This document shows positions 40,982-54,746 of a stretch of DNA of 64,000 nucleotides, in pieces. Below the pieces are notes generated by a model that worked only from the letters and a program-made list of their open reading frames with translations, had not been told where the DNA came from and ran no database searches. The position numbers and the translations under genes are program-made. The stretch's first letter is position 1, and each line of letters starts with the position of its first letter. The DNA comes from Octopus sinensis (taxonomy: Eukaryota): positions 11,532,001 to 11,596,000 of the forward strand of contig NC_043001.1 in assembly GCF_006345805.1 (NCBI RefSeq), in the 5' to 3' direction.

Positions 40982-41022
<41 letters not shown>

Positions 41023-41110
41023 TATTATTATCATCATTATTATTATCATCATTATTATTATGATTATTATTATTAATAATATCATCATCATCATCACCAT
41101 CAATATTATT
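40800..41110. repeat. Compound (GTT)/(ATT)/(ATC)n
   Basis: Direct inspection. Confidence 0.97.
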
Positions 41111-43826
41111 TATATATGATCATTATTAATGGAGAAATAGCGAGTAAAAATAAAAAAATATCTGAATTTGTTTTTGTTTTTTGTTTTTCTTTTCCTGATG
41201 GTGAAGATTAAGTTTATAATTTTCTTGTGTTTATTTTTTTTATTTATTTTTTTTTTACTGTCAGTTTCTTCTGTGTTTGTTGCTATTTGTTCAGAAAAAA
41301 GAAATGTGTTTCCTCTGGAGATTAAAATCAATGTATGCCTATCATAATGATAATAATTCACTGTCTAATGCAGAGCTATGTTAGCATGTAGCTTGCGGCT
41401 GTATGATCATATGATAAAAGCTATAGCTGTACTTAGTTCACATACAAGTGAGAGCTTTATTAAGAAGAAATATTTACAGTAAGGCTGAACTTGCAGTTTT
41501 GAGTTCGCTATTTTTTTCTTGCGAAAATGGTTAACTAATTATTAAGATGGCGGCTGTTGTAGTAGTCGTTACGCATCACAATGCTGATATTGGTGGTAGC
41601 AAAGATATTACTGAAAATATGGAATACTGATAAAGCTAGCAGTCACCTTTGCTTGCTTGTGGCTGTGTGGTTAGTAGCTTGCTTACCAACCACATGGTCC
41701 CGGGTTCAGTCCCACTGCGTGTCACCTTGAGCAGGTGTCTTCTACTGTAGCCTTGGGCCGACCAAAGCCTTGTGAGTGGATTTGGTAGATGGAAACTGAA
41801 AGAAGCCCGTCGTATATATGTATATATATATGTATGTATGTATGTGTATATGTTTGTGTCTCTGTTTGTCCACCCAACATCACTTGACAACCGATGCTGG
41901 TGTGTTTACGTCCCCGTAACTTAGTGGTTCGGCAAAAGTGACCTCTAGATTAAGTACTAAACTTACAGAGGATAAGTCCTAGGGTCGATTTGCTCGACTA
42001 AAGGCGGTGCTCCAGCATGGCCGCAGTCAAATGACTGAAACAAGTAAAAGAGTAAAACAGATATAGTGAAGGGGCGTAGTTTTGTGGTTAGGGCACGCAT
42101 CTGGTCGAGAGTTCGATTCCCGGCCGCGCGTTTTGTCCTTCAGCCAGCTGTTTTATTTCACCTTATCCCAGTTCATTCAGCGAACAAAATTGAATCTGTG
42201 TTTGTAATTAAAGGGCCAACCTTGTCAGATTTTTTTGTCACATTGACCCTCGCTGCGAACTGCGCTTTGGGTACACATGGCTGTTGAGTACCCAGCAAGT
42301 TAATCCCAACGGAAGGTCGTTCCATTAATCGCATCAACTGAAACCCTCGTCGTTGTAACCGACGGAGTGCCAGAAAATATAAAGATTACAGCTTTTCAAA
42401 AGAGATGTGGAAAATGTGTCTTAGTATTGCTTGTGTGTTCTATGTAATATATTTATGAAGATAGCGAAGAGATAAAACAATGTCAGAATGTGAAAACAAG
42501 CTGGTAACATCAGCTTCTTTGCCACAGAATTAATTGGCTATTTCAACAACTCATCTGTCTCGCTAGCTTTCAAATGTAATATCTAAAATGGCGCAACAGT
42601 CTGATTTTAGTCCCTGCAGCAAAAATGGAAAAGCATTTAACTCGGAAGATGGCGAGGGAGATATGATGGAACAGACAGTCTGACTTAACTCTGCAACTGT
42701 CACTCTGCACTGATGTTTAATACATTACAATCCTAAGGCGGCGAGCTGGCAGAAACGTTAGCACGCCGGGCGAAATGCTTTGCGGTATTTCGTCTGCCGC
42801 TACGTTCTGAGTTCAAATTCCGCCGAGGTCGACTTTGCTTTCATCCCTTTGGGGTCGATTAAATAAGTACCAGTTACGCATTGGGGTCGATATAATCGAC
42901 TTAATCCGTTTGTCCCCTGTGTGTTTAGCCCCTTGTGGGTAGTAAATAAATAGGTATTTCGTCTGTCTTTATGTTCTGAATTCAAATTCCGCCGACGTCG
43001 ATAAATTAAGTAGAAGTTTCGCACTATGGTTGATCTAATCGACTAGCCTCCTCCCCCCAAAATTTTCGGGTCTTGTACGTAGAGTAGAAAAGAATATATT
43101 ACACTTCTAACTTTTATAATTCTGTTATAAACTATTGGAAATATATCTGAACCTTGTATCTTTTATTCTTTACTTGTTTCAGATATTAGTCTGCGGCCAG
43201 ACGGGAGCAGCGCATTGGAGAATCTTTCAGTTGAATGAACCGATTCTAGCACTTATTATATTTTAAAATTTGGTACTTAATCTATCGGGCCATTCTGCCT
43301 AACAGCCATGTTACTTGAAATGTCAATCGGTGGCGGGGGAAAACTCAGCTACAAAGTCACACACATACGCATATATACGGCATGCTTCTTTCAGTTTCCG
43401 TCTAGTAAATACACTTTGGTCTGCTCGAGGCCATAGTGGAAGACATTCGCTCAGAATGCTACACCGAGGGACTGAACCAGGAACCATCTGGTTCGGAAGC
43501 AAGTTTCTTAGCACAGAGCCGAGTGTGCGTCTAATGTAAATAAAATAAACATATAAGTTCCCTAGAGAATCCTGTCTCGAATTCAGGAGCTCGAACGGCC
43601 AATTCCTCGATTTGCAAACCCGAAAATCCCTCATGCACGAGACGCCGGTGCATCGCAGGGTTGATCATTTGCGGCTGAGTATACTGGAGCAACGTGAAAC
43701 GAAGTGTATTGCTGAAGGACACAATGCACCACCTGGTTTGGAAATTGAACCCACAATCGTGAGTGATGGGAATGAAATTTTCTTGATATAAATTTAGTTA
43801 TGTGTAACCCCTTAAATTTATGAACA

Positions 43827-43872
<46 letters not shown>

Positions 43873-44549
43873 GAAATTAAGTAAAAAAAAATATGTTCGG
43901 TTGTTATGCAAGCAAAACGGGCTAAGTATTAAATTTAATGAAAAACGCTTCGAAAGACACAAATGTTTTATACACGTGATGTAAAATGCAAAGAGAAATC
44001 ATATTATACATGCAATGTCCATAGAACATACTGATATATTTTTTTAGTATTTATTTGTTAGAACGTGACATTAGCTTTAGAATATTACATTAACCTCAAG
44101 GTTATCAAAAGTTTCACCGTGAATATGAGAGGATAAATAAATGAGAAAGTTTAACAGCCTTCTCCTAAAACCATGAAACTTATACTGCCTCTGTGGGAGG
44201 AAACTTCGTCTCTGTTAGGTATTTATCGTGACATTTGTGATATTGCATTACAGCTACGAGTGGAAGTTTATTGCTATAAGGAAGAAGTAAATATCTTTTT
44301 ATAGAACCGTAACAAATTCGATTTGATGTTGACTTAGTCTGCAGCTGTTGATCTTTTAAATTTAACACTGAACAGACAATAGAAAATATAGTTGATATTA
44401 GCAAGACATACCTACTTGTGTGACCACATATATTAGCCTTTTCGATTTGGTACAATACTAACAGATGCGAATAGTAAAGGTGATAAAATAACTATCACTA
44501 TAACATTATGTTATATTTATCCAGAAATATGCTCACTATCAATGCATTT

Positions 44550-44965
44550 GGATCTTTTCGGTTTGAACGGCAGTTTTTTCTAGCAGTGTCATATGAAATT
44601 GTCACCCATAATTATGACCCTAGTATCGATCTATTGCATTTCTATCTGTTTTAAGGTTAGGGTTAGGGGTGGGGGGAAGGGTATCTTTTTTTTTAACAAA
44701 TGTAAATAAACCCAATCTGTTTCTTAAACGAGGGACATATTCATACGGCACAGAATGTTTTTTTTTTACCTCAATAGACGTTAGTCATTGGGTGAAATTG
44801 CAGAAATTGAAGAAAAAAACAACAAATATCTTACAAACTAGAATGTTCTCAATAAATCCAGAGAAAAAAATGTTTTATAAACACATTCTATCAGTATATG
44901 AGGTTTAAAATGTTTTAGTTACCTAGAAATTATGTTAAAAACTGCCGTTCAAACCGAAAAGATCC
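44550..44965. mobile_element. 416-bp MITE with 29-bp TIRs and 8-bp TSD (Merlin- or hAT-type)
   Basis: TIR GGATCTTTTCGGTTTGAACGGCAGTTTTT at both ends. ATGCATTT at 44542-44549 and 44966-44973. Confidence 0.9.
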
Positions 44966-46363
44966 ATGCATTTAACTAGAATTTTTAAAGAGCTGTGAAG
45001 GCGCGTGGACTAACGGCAAAGGTGTTGTGAGTAACATTGGGGTTTCGATTTCTGAACCGAGTGTGCGTTGTGTTCTTGTACGATACACTTCATTCCAAGC
45101 TGCTTCTGTTTGCTTACCTGAAAACGAATAACTCTGCAACGGACAGGCGGCCAGTTCAGAGTAAATACTTTGATACCACCGTAATAAGCCCTGGGACTCG
45201 AAACACTACTGGCATTCTTGAAAAAGTTGCTGAACGAGGCAAAGTAAGGAATATCTAGGTAGCTCATATCCGCTTACTAAGACTAGTGCAATGAATATTG
45301 GAATCTTTGAATTAAAGGAATCTAACGGAAAAGAATGGGTGGAAACGCTTCGATCGTTGGTCGGCTTTAAGAACGCAAATCCAAAACCAGAGCTTACGTA
45401 ACAAAAATCCGTACAAAATCTAAAATGTGCCACGTCTCCATAATGATTTCAAATTTTGGTAAAATACCACCAGTTTTAGTTGGGGCGGGGTGACTCGAGT
45501 GCGCCGACCCTTTTTTCTGAACTGGTATTAATTTATCGACCCCGAAAGAATGAAAGGCAAAGTCGACCACGCTGGCATTTAATGTGAAACTGTAAATGGC
45601 CGGAAGAAATACCGTTCAGCACTTAGTTCGGCGCCGTAATAATTCTGTCAACTCGCCGTTTTAATGTTTTTAAAATTCTATTAATGAAGCCGGTAAATCG
45701 ATTACATCGACCTCAATATTCAACTGGTACTCATTTCATCAACTCCAAAACGATGAAAACCAAAGTCAAAAGAAGCGGAATCTGAATCCACAGCATAAGA
45801 TGCCAGAATAAATGCTACTAAGTATGTTGTCCGGCATGCTAACAATCCTACCACCTCGCTACGTTATGTAGACATCTTGATTATATAATAAATCCTTAAG
45901 ATCCTTTAAAATGTTTTAGCCCGAAGGCCGCGGCTATGCTGGGGCACCACTGCTGTAAAAAGACTGGTGTTCAGTTATATCGAACAGGCTGCCAGCCGAC
46001 GACTATTCACAAGCGCGATCCCTCTACTGCTCGACACGGAGTCTTTTGCCTGCTGCGTTTCCGCCCTGGGCCGAAGCGACCCTCCTTAGACAACCTGGTC
46101 CTGATGAGCTCCCTCTCCAGCACCATATTGATGCCGAGCTTAGCGCGGACACCCGATCGCCATAGAAGACCGACTACCAGGACTCCCATCCTCAAACCGG
46201 CCAACCAACCAAGCCTCCGAGTAGCTGATGATTTTGAAGTGTTTCTTTTTCTGGTGGTTCTGAGCTATGTTGCTCCTTCGCATTTGTGTTGCCCATAAAT
46301 GGTCATTGCATCACTTTATTGATTAATTCGAACACCATATCAATGGATGATATAAGTAAAATA

Positions 46364-46587
46364 CAATAATGCTTCGATTATCGCGGTTGTTGCTTTCCAA
46401 AACACCCCACGATAGGTGAAAATCTGCGAAGTAGGAAAAGTCCTGTATGTTTTTTTTGTTTTTAAGTAATTTTATGATTTGCATATATTTATTTTATTAT
46501 AAATGCGAAACAACACCACGGAGGAATTGGTGTAAGCTTAAATGATAAACCGTGATAAGTGAACCGCGATATGGCGAACGATTACTG
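46364..46587. mobile_element. Tigger/pogo-like MITE, decayed
   Basis: TA-CA(A/G)TAAT..TTCG..ATCGCGGTT termini at both ends. Confidence 0.55.
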
Positions 46588-46847
46588 TAATATCTCGAGT
46601 CCGAGGATTAAGAAAGGTCGCCTGCCCAGGTTCGGCTGCTTTTAAGTGACTGAGATAACAACATACTTCCAGAACAGGACCGAATTAGAGCGAAACGAAA
46701 TGTTTTGCTCAAGAATACAGAGCAACGCCCGGTCCAAGATTCGAAACAGCGACCTTAGGATCGTAAGCGCAAGACTTTCACCACTAGACAATACGAATTA
46801 ACTGGGATCATCATCATCCTCATCATCACCATCACCATCACCATCAC

Positions 46848-46885
<38 letters not shown>

Positions 46886-46961
46886 CCATCACCATCACCA
46901 TCACCACCACCATCACCACCACCACCACCACCACACCACCACCACCACACCACCACACCAC

Positions 46962-47005
<44 letters not shown>

Positions 47006-47096
47006 CCATCACCATCACCATCACCACCACCATCACCACCACCATCACCGCCACCGCCACCACCACCACCACCACACCACCATCATCATCATCATT

Positions 47097-47139
<43 letters not shown>

Positions 47140-47144
47140 CCACC

Positions 47145-47178
<34 letters not shown>

Positions 47179-47189
47179 TCATCATCTTC

Positions 47190-47420
47190 TTAACGTTCGC
47201 TTTTCAATTCTTGCATGAATCTCACACAGTTTAGCGAGGGAGATTTCCTTTGGACGGATGCCCTTCCTGTCGCCAACTCATACGTTTCAAAGCAAAGTAA
47301 CATTCCCCCCTTGCGCAGACATGTTCCTGCTTTTTTTGTAACAGAATATTAGAAATAAATGAGACTGTTTGTATGACAGTGATAATTATTTAGAATGATC
47401 TCGTGATACCAAAATGAGAC
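47190..47420 (-). mobile_element. SINE 3' part with a Meta-domain-like motif and a long (GAT/GGT)n tail (46806-47190)
   Basis: Minus strand TTGGCGACAGGAAGGGCATCC...GCGAACGTTAAGAAGATGATGAT. Domain name recalled from memory, not verified. Confidence 0.5.
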
Positions 47421-48835
47421 AAACATATACACAAAGAAATACACACACTCAGTAACATAAACAAATACACACACACACACACCCACACACACAAATACAC
47501 AAGTGCGCACTCACATATCAATCAATGAAATTCCAACCGATTCTGGTTTTCACGTTTTATTATTTTCAGTTTTTACAGTTTTACAATATTGAAGTAAAAT
47601 AGTACTTTCATGCAATGCGCAATCATCAGGTTTATGTGGCGACAGTCATGTCCCACAGTTGACAACTGTGGTGAAATGATCAGATTTATCCTTTAAAAAC
47701 CACACTTCAATGGGCTCCGGTAGGCTGAATCTCACGAGCTGTATTATGACCAATCAATACATGGCTTAGAAGACTGTGAGCTGGCAGAAACGTTAGCATG
47801 CGGAGCGAAATGCTTAGTGTATTTCGTCTGCCGCAACGTTCTGAGTTCAAATTCCGCCGATGTCGACTTTACCTTTCATCTTTTCGGGGTCGTTAAATTA
47901 AGTACCAGTTGCGTACTGGAGTCGATCTTATCAACTGGCTTCCTCCCCCAAACTTTCGGGACTTGTGCCTAGAGTAGAAAAAAAATTAGATGACACGGTT
48001 TGAGAATGCATTTTCCAAATGCTCACGTGTGTACCGAGAGCAAATTAAGGACCCTAAGAGATAGATAGATACATATATATCTGTCTATCTATCTATCTAT
48101 CTATCTATCCAGCTATCTCTCTCTCTCTCTCTATCTATCTATCTATTTATCTCTCTCTGTTTCTCTCTCTCTCTCTCTGTCTCTGTCTCTCTCTCTCTCT
48201 ATCTATCTATATATATATATATATATATACGCAGACACACACGATTGGGCGTTATGCTTCCTTACATTTCTCGTGTTCCAACTCATTCACAAGGCTTTGC
48301 TCAGCCTGGGATTATAGTAGAAATTACTTGCCTAAGGCGCGTTAAGGCTAAAGCCGAAGCCATGTATTTCGTAATGAAACTTTTCACCCGCACAACCACG
48401 TCTGTACCTATCAATAAAACTTATTGTGCGTCTAATTTCATTTATGTTCACAAAAGATTCATTATCTTATCCACTTGGTCAGGGAAAATATTCAATTTTG
48501 AATTAAGTTATCTAATAAGATGTCACATAATTATTTCTGGATGGAAGAATTCATATAAAATCAATTTTATATCAACAAATTATCGCTTGATAAGTATATC
48601 TATTGAAGCTTAAATATAAAAGGAAAACAGGTGTTACGTTTCCTAAAATTTCTGTATAACTGTATAATGGTTTTTGATTTAGATACGATATTCAGAATTT
48701 GGTTAGTGGGTATCATCGGGAACAATACTTCGCTGGTAGATTGCTTTTTACTCTTTCATGGCCCATATTGGCCATGAAAGAGTAAAAAGCAACGTTGACT
48801 TCGGCAGGATTCGAACTCATGAATGAAGAGAAAGT

Positions 48836-49410
48836 GCACATCTTTGTCAGGCTTGGCGAGAAGATACCAGCTTGTCGGTTCACCTCTACGGTTCTTCGAC
48901 TGATGAAGCAACCGAAGATCCCATAAACTGATGGCTCACTATGGTCAGACACGATGCTGATCTCGGAACATTCAATCAAGGTATTCTGTTAGAATTCTCC
49001 GCCGTCTGGGATGTGCGTACTGAGGACGCAAACGAAAAAAGGAGGAAATATATTGGGAAATGGAATTATGTTAAAGAAATGGGTCTCAAGAAAATTATGA
49101 TGCTGTTGCGGTGGGAAGAAGAGGATTTGCAGGTGAGTCCCTCAGCATCACACCGCATCCAGAACTTGGAACATGCTTGGCATCAAAGACACCAGGAAGC
49201 AGAAGGCCATCAGGCTGACTGTGGATGTAACAGAAATTGCCTCAACGTGGCTGTGGGATCAGGAGATGAAAGCCCCGGAAGGGGAAGTGCTATCACGGGT
49301 AGTGTAAGCTGGGCACAATCTGGGGCTTTACCAACTTGGAATGGGTCACTTAAGTAAGGTTGTCTCGTGTTAAAAGGTAACATCACTAATGGTGTGTCCA
49401 TGTACATCGC
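48836..49410 (+). pseudogene. HERO-like RLE LINE 3' fragment
   Basis: Piecewise translation: IFVRLGEK, KQPKIP..SDTMLISE..LLEFSAVWDVRTEDANEKRRKY, AVGRRGFAGESL, MLGIKDTRKQKAIRLTVDVTEIASTWLW. This resembles the RPD..ELTVPWE..EVGCRGF..ASRWLW RLE domain. The following UTR-like sequence includes ACATCACTAATGGTGTGTCC. Confidence 0.72.
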
Positions 49411-50500
49411 AAAATTTATGTATGGGAAAACGTTAGTATAATACATATATTTTAATACCATGTCTTTATTATATTACATTATTAAAAGGTGGGAAAACCG
49501 TTAGCACGACGGGCGAAATGCTTAGCGCTATTTCGTTTGTCTTTACGTTCTGAGTTCAATCTCCGCTGAGGTCGACTTTGCCTTTCATCCTTTCGGAGTC
49601 GATAAATTAAGTACCAGTTGCGCACTGGGGTCGATGTGGTCCACTGGCTCCTTCCCCTAAAATTTCGGGCTTTGTGCCCAGATTAGAAAACTATACTACA
49701 TTGTGAAGGAAAGGGTGGTGGACTGGCAGAAACGTTAGCACGCCAGGCCAGATGCTTAGCAGTATTTCGTCCGTATTTACGTTCTGAGTTCAAATTCCAC
49801 CGTGGTTGACTTCGTCTTTCCCCACTATGGGGTCGATAAAATAAGCACTAGTTGAGTACTGGGGTCAATATCATCAACTTACCCCTCCCGAAAAACTGCT
49901 GGCGTTGTACCAAAATATGAGACCAATAAAAGCGGCGAGTTGGCAGAACTGATAACACGCCGAGCAAAATGCTTTATGGAATAAACGTTCTGAGATCAAA
50001 TTCCGCCAAGTTCGACTTTGGCTTTCACCATTTCAGCGAAAGTGGAGTATAATAGTTATCTGTAGACCAAGGTGATCAATGCAATTGATTTTCCCACCCC
50101 TCAAATTTGTTGGCGCTCTGCCACAATAAGCAAGGATCATATTATATCATCGTACCGTTGGATTGACATAATCTTGAGTGCGTTAGCAAAATTACTTTGC
50201 ATTATTTTCCAGGTTTTTGCATCTTAATTTTGCATCACGAGGCCGATAAATAAATAACTGATCGAGCATTTAGGTCGGCTTAAGCGACTAACCGTAGGTC
50301 CATATTTCTAGCTTTGGGTCCGAGTAAGAAAGTGTAAGAATGGATGCGCGGTTAAGAACATCGTTTTGCAACCATCGCGTTTCGGGTACTGTATGCTGGC
50401 AACAACATGCGCATGTGTCGACTACTATGGCTGGTGGCCGACTAATTCCTTGTGAATGAATTTGGGAGACAGAAATTGTGTGGAAGTCTGATGTACGTGT

Positions 50501-50557
<57 letters not shown>

Positions 50558-51394
50558 TTTTGTCTTTTAATTGTTTCTGTTATTAAAGTGTAACCATTAT
50601 GGTGCACCGCCTTGAAGACATTTTATCAAATGAATCGAGTAATTACCATGTTTCAAAGCCTGGTACTTTTATATGAATCTCTTTTGCCGAACCGCCACAT
50701 ACTGTGACGCCAACACACCAACACACATTGTCAAACGGTTATGGGGGACAAACACATACATATATACACACATACAGAATGACACATACACACATATACG
50801 CACGACAGGTATCTTTCGTCTGTCGTTACGTTGTGAGTTCAAATTCCGCCGTGGTCGACTTTGCCTTTCATCCTTTCGGGGTCGATAAATTAAGTACCAG
50901 TTACGCACTGGGGTCGATGTAATTGACTTAATACCTATGTCTGTCCTTGTTTGTCCCCTCTGTGTTTAGCCCCTTGTGGGTAATAAAGAAATAGGTATCT
51001 TTTCAGTTTCCATCTGCCAAATCCACTCACAGGGTTTCGATCGCCTCGAGGCTATAGTAGAAAGCATTTGTCTGAGGTGCCTTGCAGTTAGTCTGAACTG
51101 GAACCATGTGAAAACAAGCTTTGTACCACAGAGACACACTCGTGCCTATTTCAGGCAACAGATTAAGTCCAGTGTTGTTTTTTGAATTCAAACTCGATTG
51201 AGTTCGTTTTTTGTTTTCCACATTCTTTGGTATTAGATTCTCAGACAAATTCCTTCGTTCTTTCGTTTATTTTTATTCTTATTTATCATCAACAGTGCTA
51301 ACACATCTGTCAATGATAAACTCTCCTTCATTGTTCCACTGCTTTGACAGTCGTAATCACGGGGCACTGGATCGAATAAGTCATAGAGACACGT

Positions 51395-51625
51395 TTTCAA
51401 CTCCAGGACGTTGTTAAACGAAACGCCTCGCAGACGGTTAACAAACGACGGAAGATGATAATCTAGAGGTGCCCTACCAGACGAATACGGTAGGCGTGGA
51501 AGAACTTCTGAATCGATGTCTTGAATAGCATTTTTGCCAAATTAGCGATGCAGGTGTGATTGTTGTGGGGTAATGAAGAAGCACGTCATTGTCGGTCGAG
51601 TTCTTTGAGCTTGATCACCCGTCGA
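51395..51625 (-). pseudogene. mariner transposase catalytic-domain fragment
   Basis: LPHNNHTCIANLAKNAIQDIDSEVLPRLPYSSGRAPLDYHL..LRGVSFNN resembles HDNARPH..EVLPHPPYSPDLAPSDYHLF. Confidence 0.75.
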
Positions 51626-51666
51626 GTGAACGTGAAGGGAGACTCCATCATAAGAGCATCCTGTCT

Positions 51667-51893
51667 TATTTCTTTATTGCCCACAAGGGGCTAAACATAG
51701 AGGGGACAAATAAGGACGGAGAAACGGATTAAGTCGATTATATCGACCCCAGTGCGGAAATGGTACTTAATTTATCGACCCCGAAAGGATGAAAGGCAAG
51801 TCGACCTCGGCGAAATTTGAACTCAGAATATAGCGGCAGACGAAATACCGCTAAGCATTTCGCCCGGCGTACTAACGATTCTGCCAGCTCGCC
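51667..51893 (-). mobile_element. SINE family B, full length (227 bp), 11-bp TSD
   Basis: GGCGAGCTGGCAGAA...GAGTTCAAAT...TTTCATCCTTTCGGGGTCGATAAATTAAGTACC...AATAAAGAAATAAG. GCATCCTGTCT at 51656-51666 and 51894-51904. Confidence 0.9.
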
Positions 51894-53109
51894 GCATCCT
51901 GTCTGATGGGCTAAATCCCTACTAAATTGGAGTGAATTCTCGTAGAAGAGCTCGTTCCATATATCCCTATTGAAATGAATAGATCAACCATAAGCACTGC
52001 GTCTGAGAACTCGAATTTTCTTTCCTTCAAGATTCAAAATACGTCTGTGGGCAGCTTTGGAACCTTTACTAAAATTGAAGACTAGCAGGTGTTTTAAATG
52101 CACTTTATTTTTACTTGACTTTACATCGTCATGTCTGAAAACAAGTAAAATTTATTTAAATTCCAGAATCGATAAACAAAATTTCTGGTAAAAGCTATAA
52201 TAAAAATAAAAAACTTTAACCATTGCACCAAAAATACTTTTTCTCTTAATTCAAATTACATTGGAATGAAACGAACGAATTTTGGCAATAAGTTAATACA
52301 AATACCAGTTATACACTGGATTTAATTTAACTACGTACACACAACCATATTCTAGATGAACTTTGTAGAAATGATGAAAATCAATACTGGTCATGAAAAT
52401 GAAATACGATGGAGAAAAACAAAGATATGCCAAGATTTCAAAATGCTTCAAGTGTTTATTTTCGATTGGTAATATATCATAATCACTTCTTGGGTTACAT
52501 AGGACAAACAATATGCAAAAGACGAGTAACAAAGTAATCAACTGGTTAACAAGTATTTTCAAATGGGCTTTTTTTGTTTTATTAACGGTGTTCGCTTTTT
52601 GTTTCGAATGCAGTTCGGTTTCTTGCTCCAATAACATTAAATACACACCAACTTAATGAAATATTATCATTTTGTTGGAAAACAATCAAACTAAGAATAC
52701 AAACAGAATAGACTTACATGCAATGCACACCAGATAAATGAAAATATTCTCATTCTGTTCGAGAAAACCATTATCTCTTATTCGCTGCGCATTCTAATGG
52801 ACTGTGTACATTAGAAATATCTTTTTATTAAAATTATTTCGTTTTATTGTTAATGTCAAGATAATGATGGTGTCAAATTGATTGCAGTTAAACTAAATAT
52901 TGATATTAACCCAATCTTTACAACATTCTTTTATTACAACGGGGTGGGGTGGCGGAGACGGTTGCGTAGGTGGAGACGGAGTATAAACTGTGATATGGTG
53001 AATTCAGTGTACGGGTAACGTTATACTGAAGCGATATCAAGGCGGACGGTGTATCTTTAATCATTACCCTCAACAAACGTAATCAATACCAACGTAATCA
53101 ATACCAACG

Positions 53110-53210
53110 TAATCATCATCATCATCATCATCATCTATCATCATTAACAGCAGTCGTCATCGTCGTTGAATTCTTCTTCTTTTTCTTCTTCTTCTTCTTC
53201 TTCTTCTTCG

Positions 53211-53242
<32 letters not shown>

Positions 53243-53283
53243 TTCTTCTTCTTCTTCTTCTTCTTCTTCTTCTTGTTATCGCC

Positions 53284-53336
<53 letters not shown>

Positions 53337-53342
53337 CATCAC

Positions 53343-53388
<46 letters not shown>

Positions 53389-53482
53389 GTTATTATTATT
53401 ATCATCATTATTATTGTTATTATTATTATCATCATCATTATTATTATCATCATTATTATTGTTATTATTATTATCATCATCA

Positions 53483-53537
<55 letters not shown>
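53110..53537. repeat. Compound (ATC)/(CTT)/(ATT)n
   Basis: Direct inspection. Confidence 0.97.
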
Positions 53538-53538
<1 letters not shown>

Positions 53539-53976
53539 GAGTGAGAGAGCAGTGCATGCGATCAAAGTGACACTGGGGTAAAATATACGAAGCCCAATAT
53601 ACCCATCATGACTACCCGTCTGATAAGGGTACACCAGGCACATGCATCACAACCATATGTACGCGACATGGTGATCTCATATCAAGATAAACAGTACATG
53701 ACTTTGCAGGTGGGACCTAGTTAGAATTTTCTTCAGGTCGAGTAGCCCATCCTGCTCAAAAGGTCCCTGAATAAGGGTTGCTTTAGGATGTTGAACGAAA
53801 CACCCATGTTTCCAGAGGTGAATTATTCAAACTCCAAAGAATCCCTCTGAACACATGGCTATGATGCTCCCCCACTACTTCTGCTCGTGATCAGAGATGC
53901 ACATATCGTCAGCCAGTAAGGGACATGCTCAACTGGTTAAGGTCAAACAACTGACAAGCAAATCTGTGGTATTGAG

Positions 53977-53977
<1 letters not shown>
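53537..53977. mobile_element. Unclassified ~440-bp interspersed element between (ATT)n tracts
   Basis: Complex sequence with sharp boundaries inside a trinucleotide microsatellite. No ORF. Confidence 0.4.
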
Positions 53978-54030
<53 letters not shown>

Positions 54031-54059
54031 CATCATCATCATCATCATCATCATTTATG

Positions 54060-54365
54060 GTTTCTTTTCATTATAACTTTATTTCAGCTGCCTTAGTACC
54101 GGGCATCCTCGAGAGTCCAAGAGTAACAGATGCACTTTTGTTTTGCTCTGCATCCTAAAAAAAATTATCACCACATTTATTCCATTTTAGACGGAGAGTG
54201 CTCCTCCGTAGTATATAGGCTGTACCCATCAAGGATATATTTTGTAGTTCACGGAGACCGGCGTTACCAGAGAGTTGCTTAATATACTTCTCATCTTCCT
54301 TTTTTATCATTCCCAACGCACTAATTTCTATTGGTAATATCGTAGTACTAAGCTTCCCCACATTT
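54060..54365 (-). pseudogene. R4/Dong-like RLE LINE extreme 3' end
   Basis: KLSTTILPIEISALGMIKK..KYIKQLSGNAGLRELQNISLMGTAYILRR resembles RLE C-termini. On the minus strand it is followed by (TGA)n(TAA)n at 53978-54053. Confidence 0.7.
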
Positions 54366-54403
54366 TTGTGATTTCAATTTTCAGATCTTTATAGTGAGAA
54401 AAC

Positions 54404-54746
54404 AATTGCAACGTGGAAGGTGTTTATAAGCCATTTAAGAAACATACAAAAACCGTTAGATTCACTTCAACATTTAAATTTAATTTGTCAAAATATTTTC
54501 GTCGCTTTGAGACCGCGACCTGTTCTCTGAAAAAATTCATGCTGCATCTCATATGCTTGGTGTGAGGGCACGGAATTTTGTCAGTGGACAGGTCGTGGTC
54601 TCAAAGCGACGAAAATATTTTGACAAATTGAATTTAAATTTTGAAGTGAATCTAACGGTTTTTATAAACACCTTCCACGCAGCAATTGTTTTCGTTCCAG
54701 CACATGATCTCGTCAGGTCACTTGCTATGGAAGTACATCTCCGTAA
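54404..54746. mobile_element. Inverted-repeat element with G3-C8 hammerhead-like motifs, flanked by a 14-bp direct repeat
   Basis: Arms at about 54399-54534 and 54577-54692 are reverse complements (one 18-19 nt indel). TATAGTGAGAAAAC occurs at 54390-54403 and 54747-54760. Confidence 0.75.

Noticed and set aside
44655-44670. Telomeric TTAGGG repeat
   Set aside because: Only about two units, internal to a MITE.
46100-46145. Hammerhead from CTGATGA GCTC..GAGC
   Set aside because: No GAAA follows the putative stem II.
48896-48925. CTGATGAAG hammerhead-like start
   Set aside because: It lies in HERO-like coding sequence (LMKQPKIP) and has no stems.
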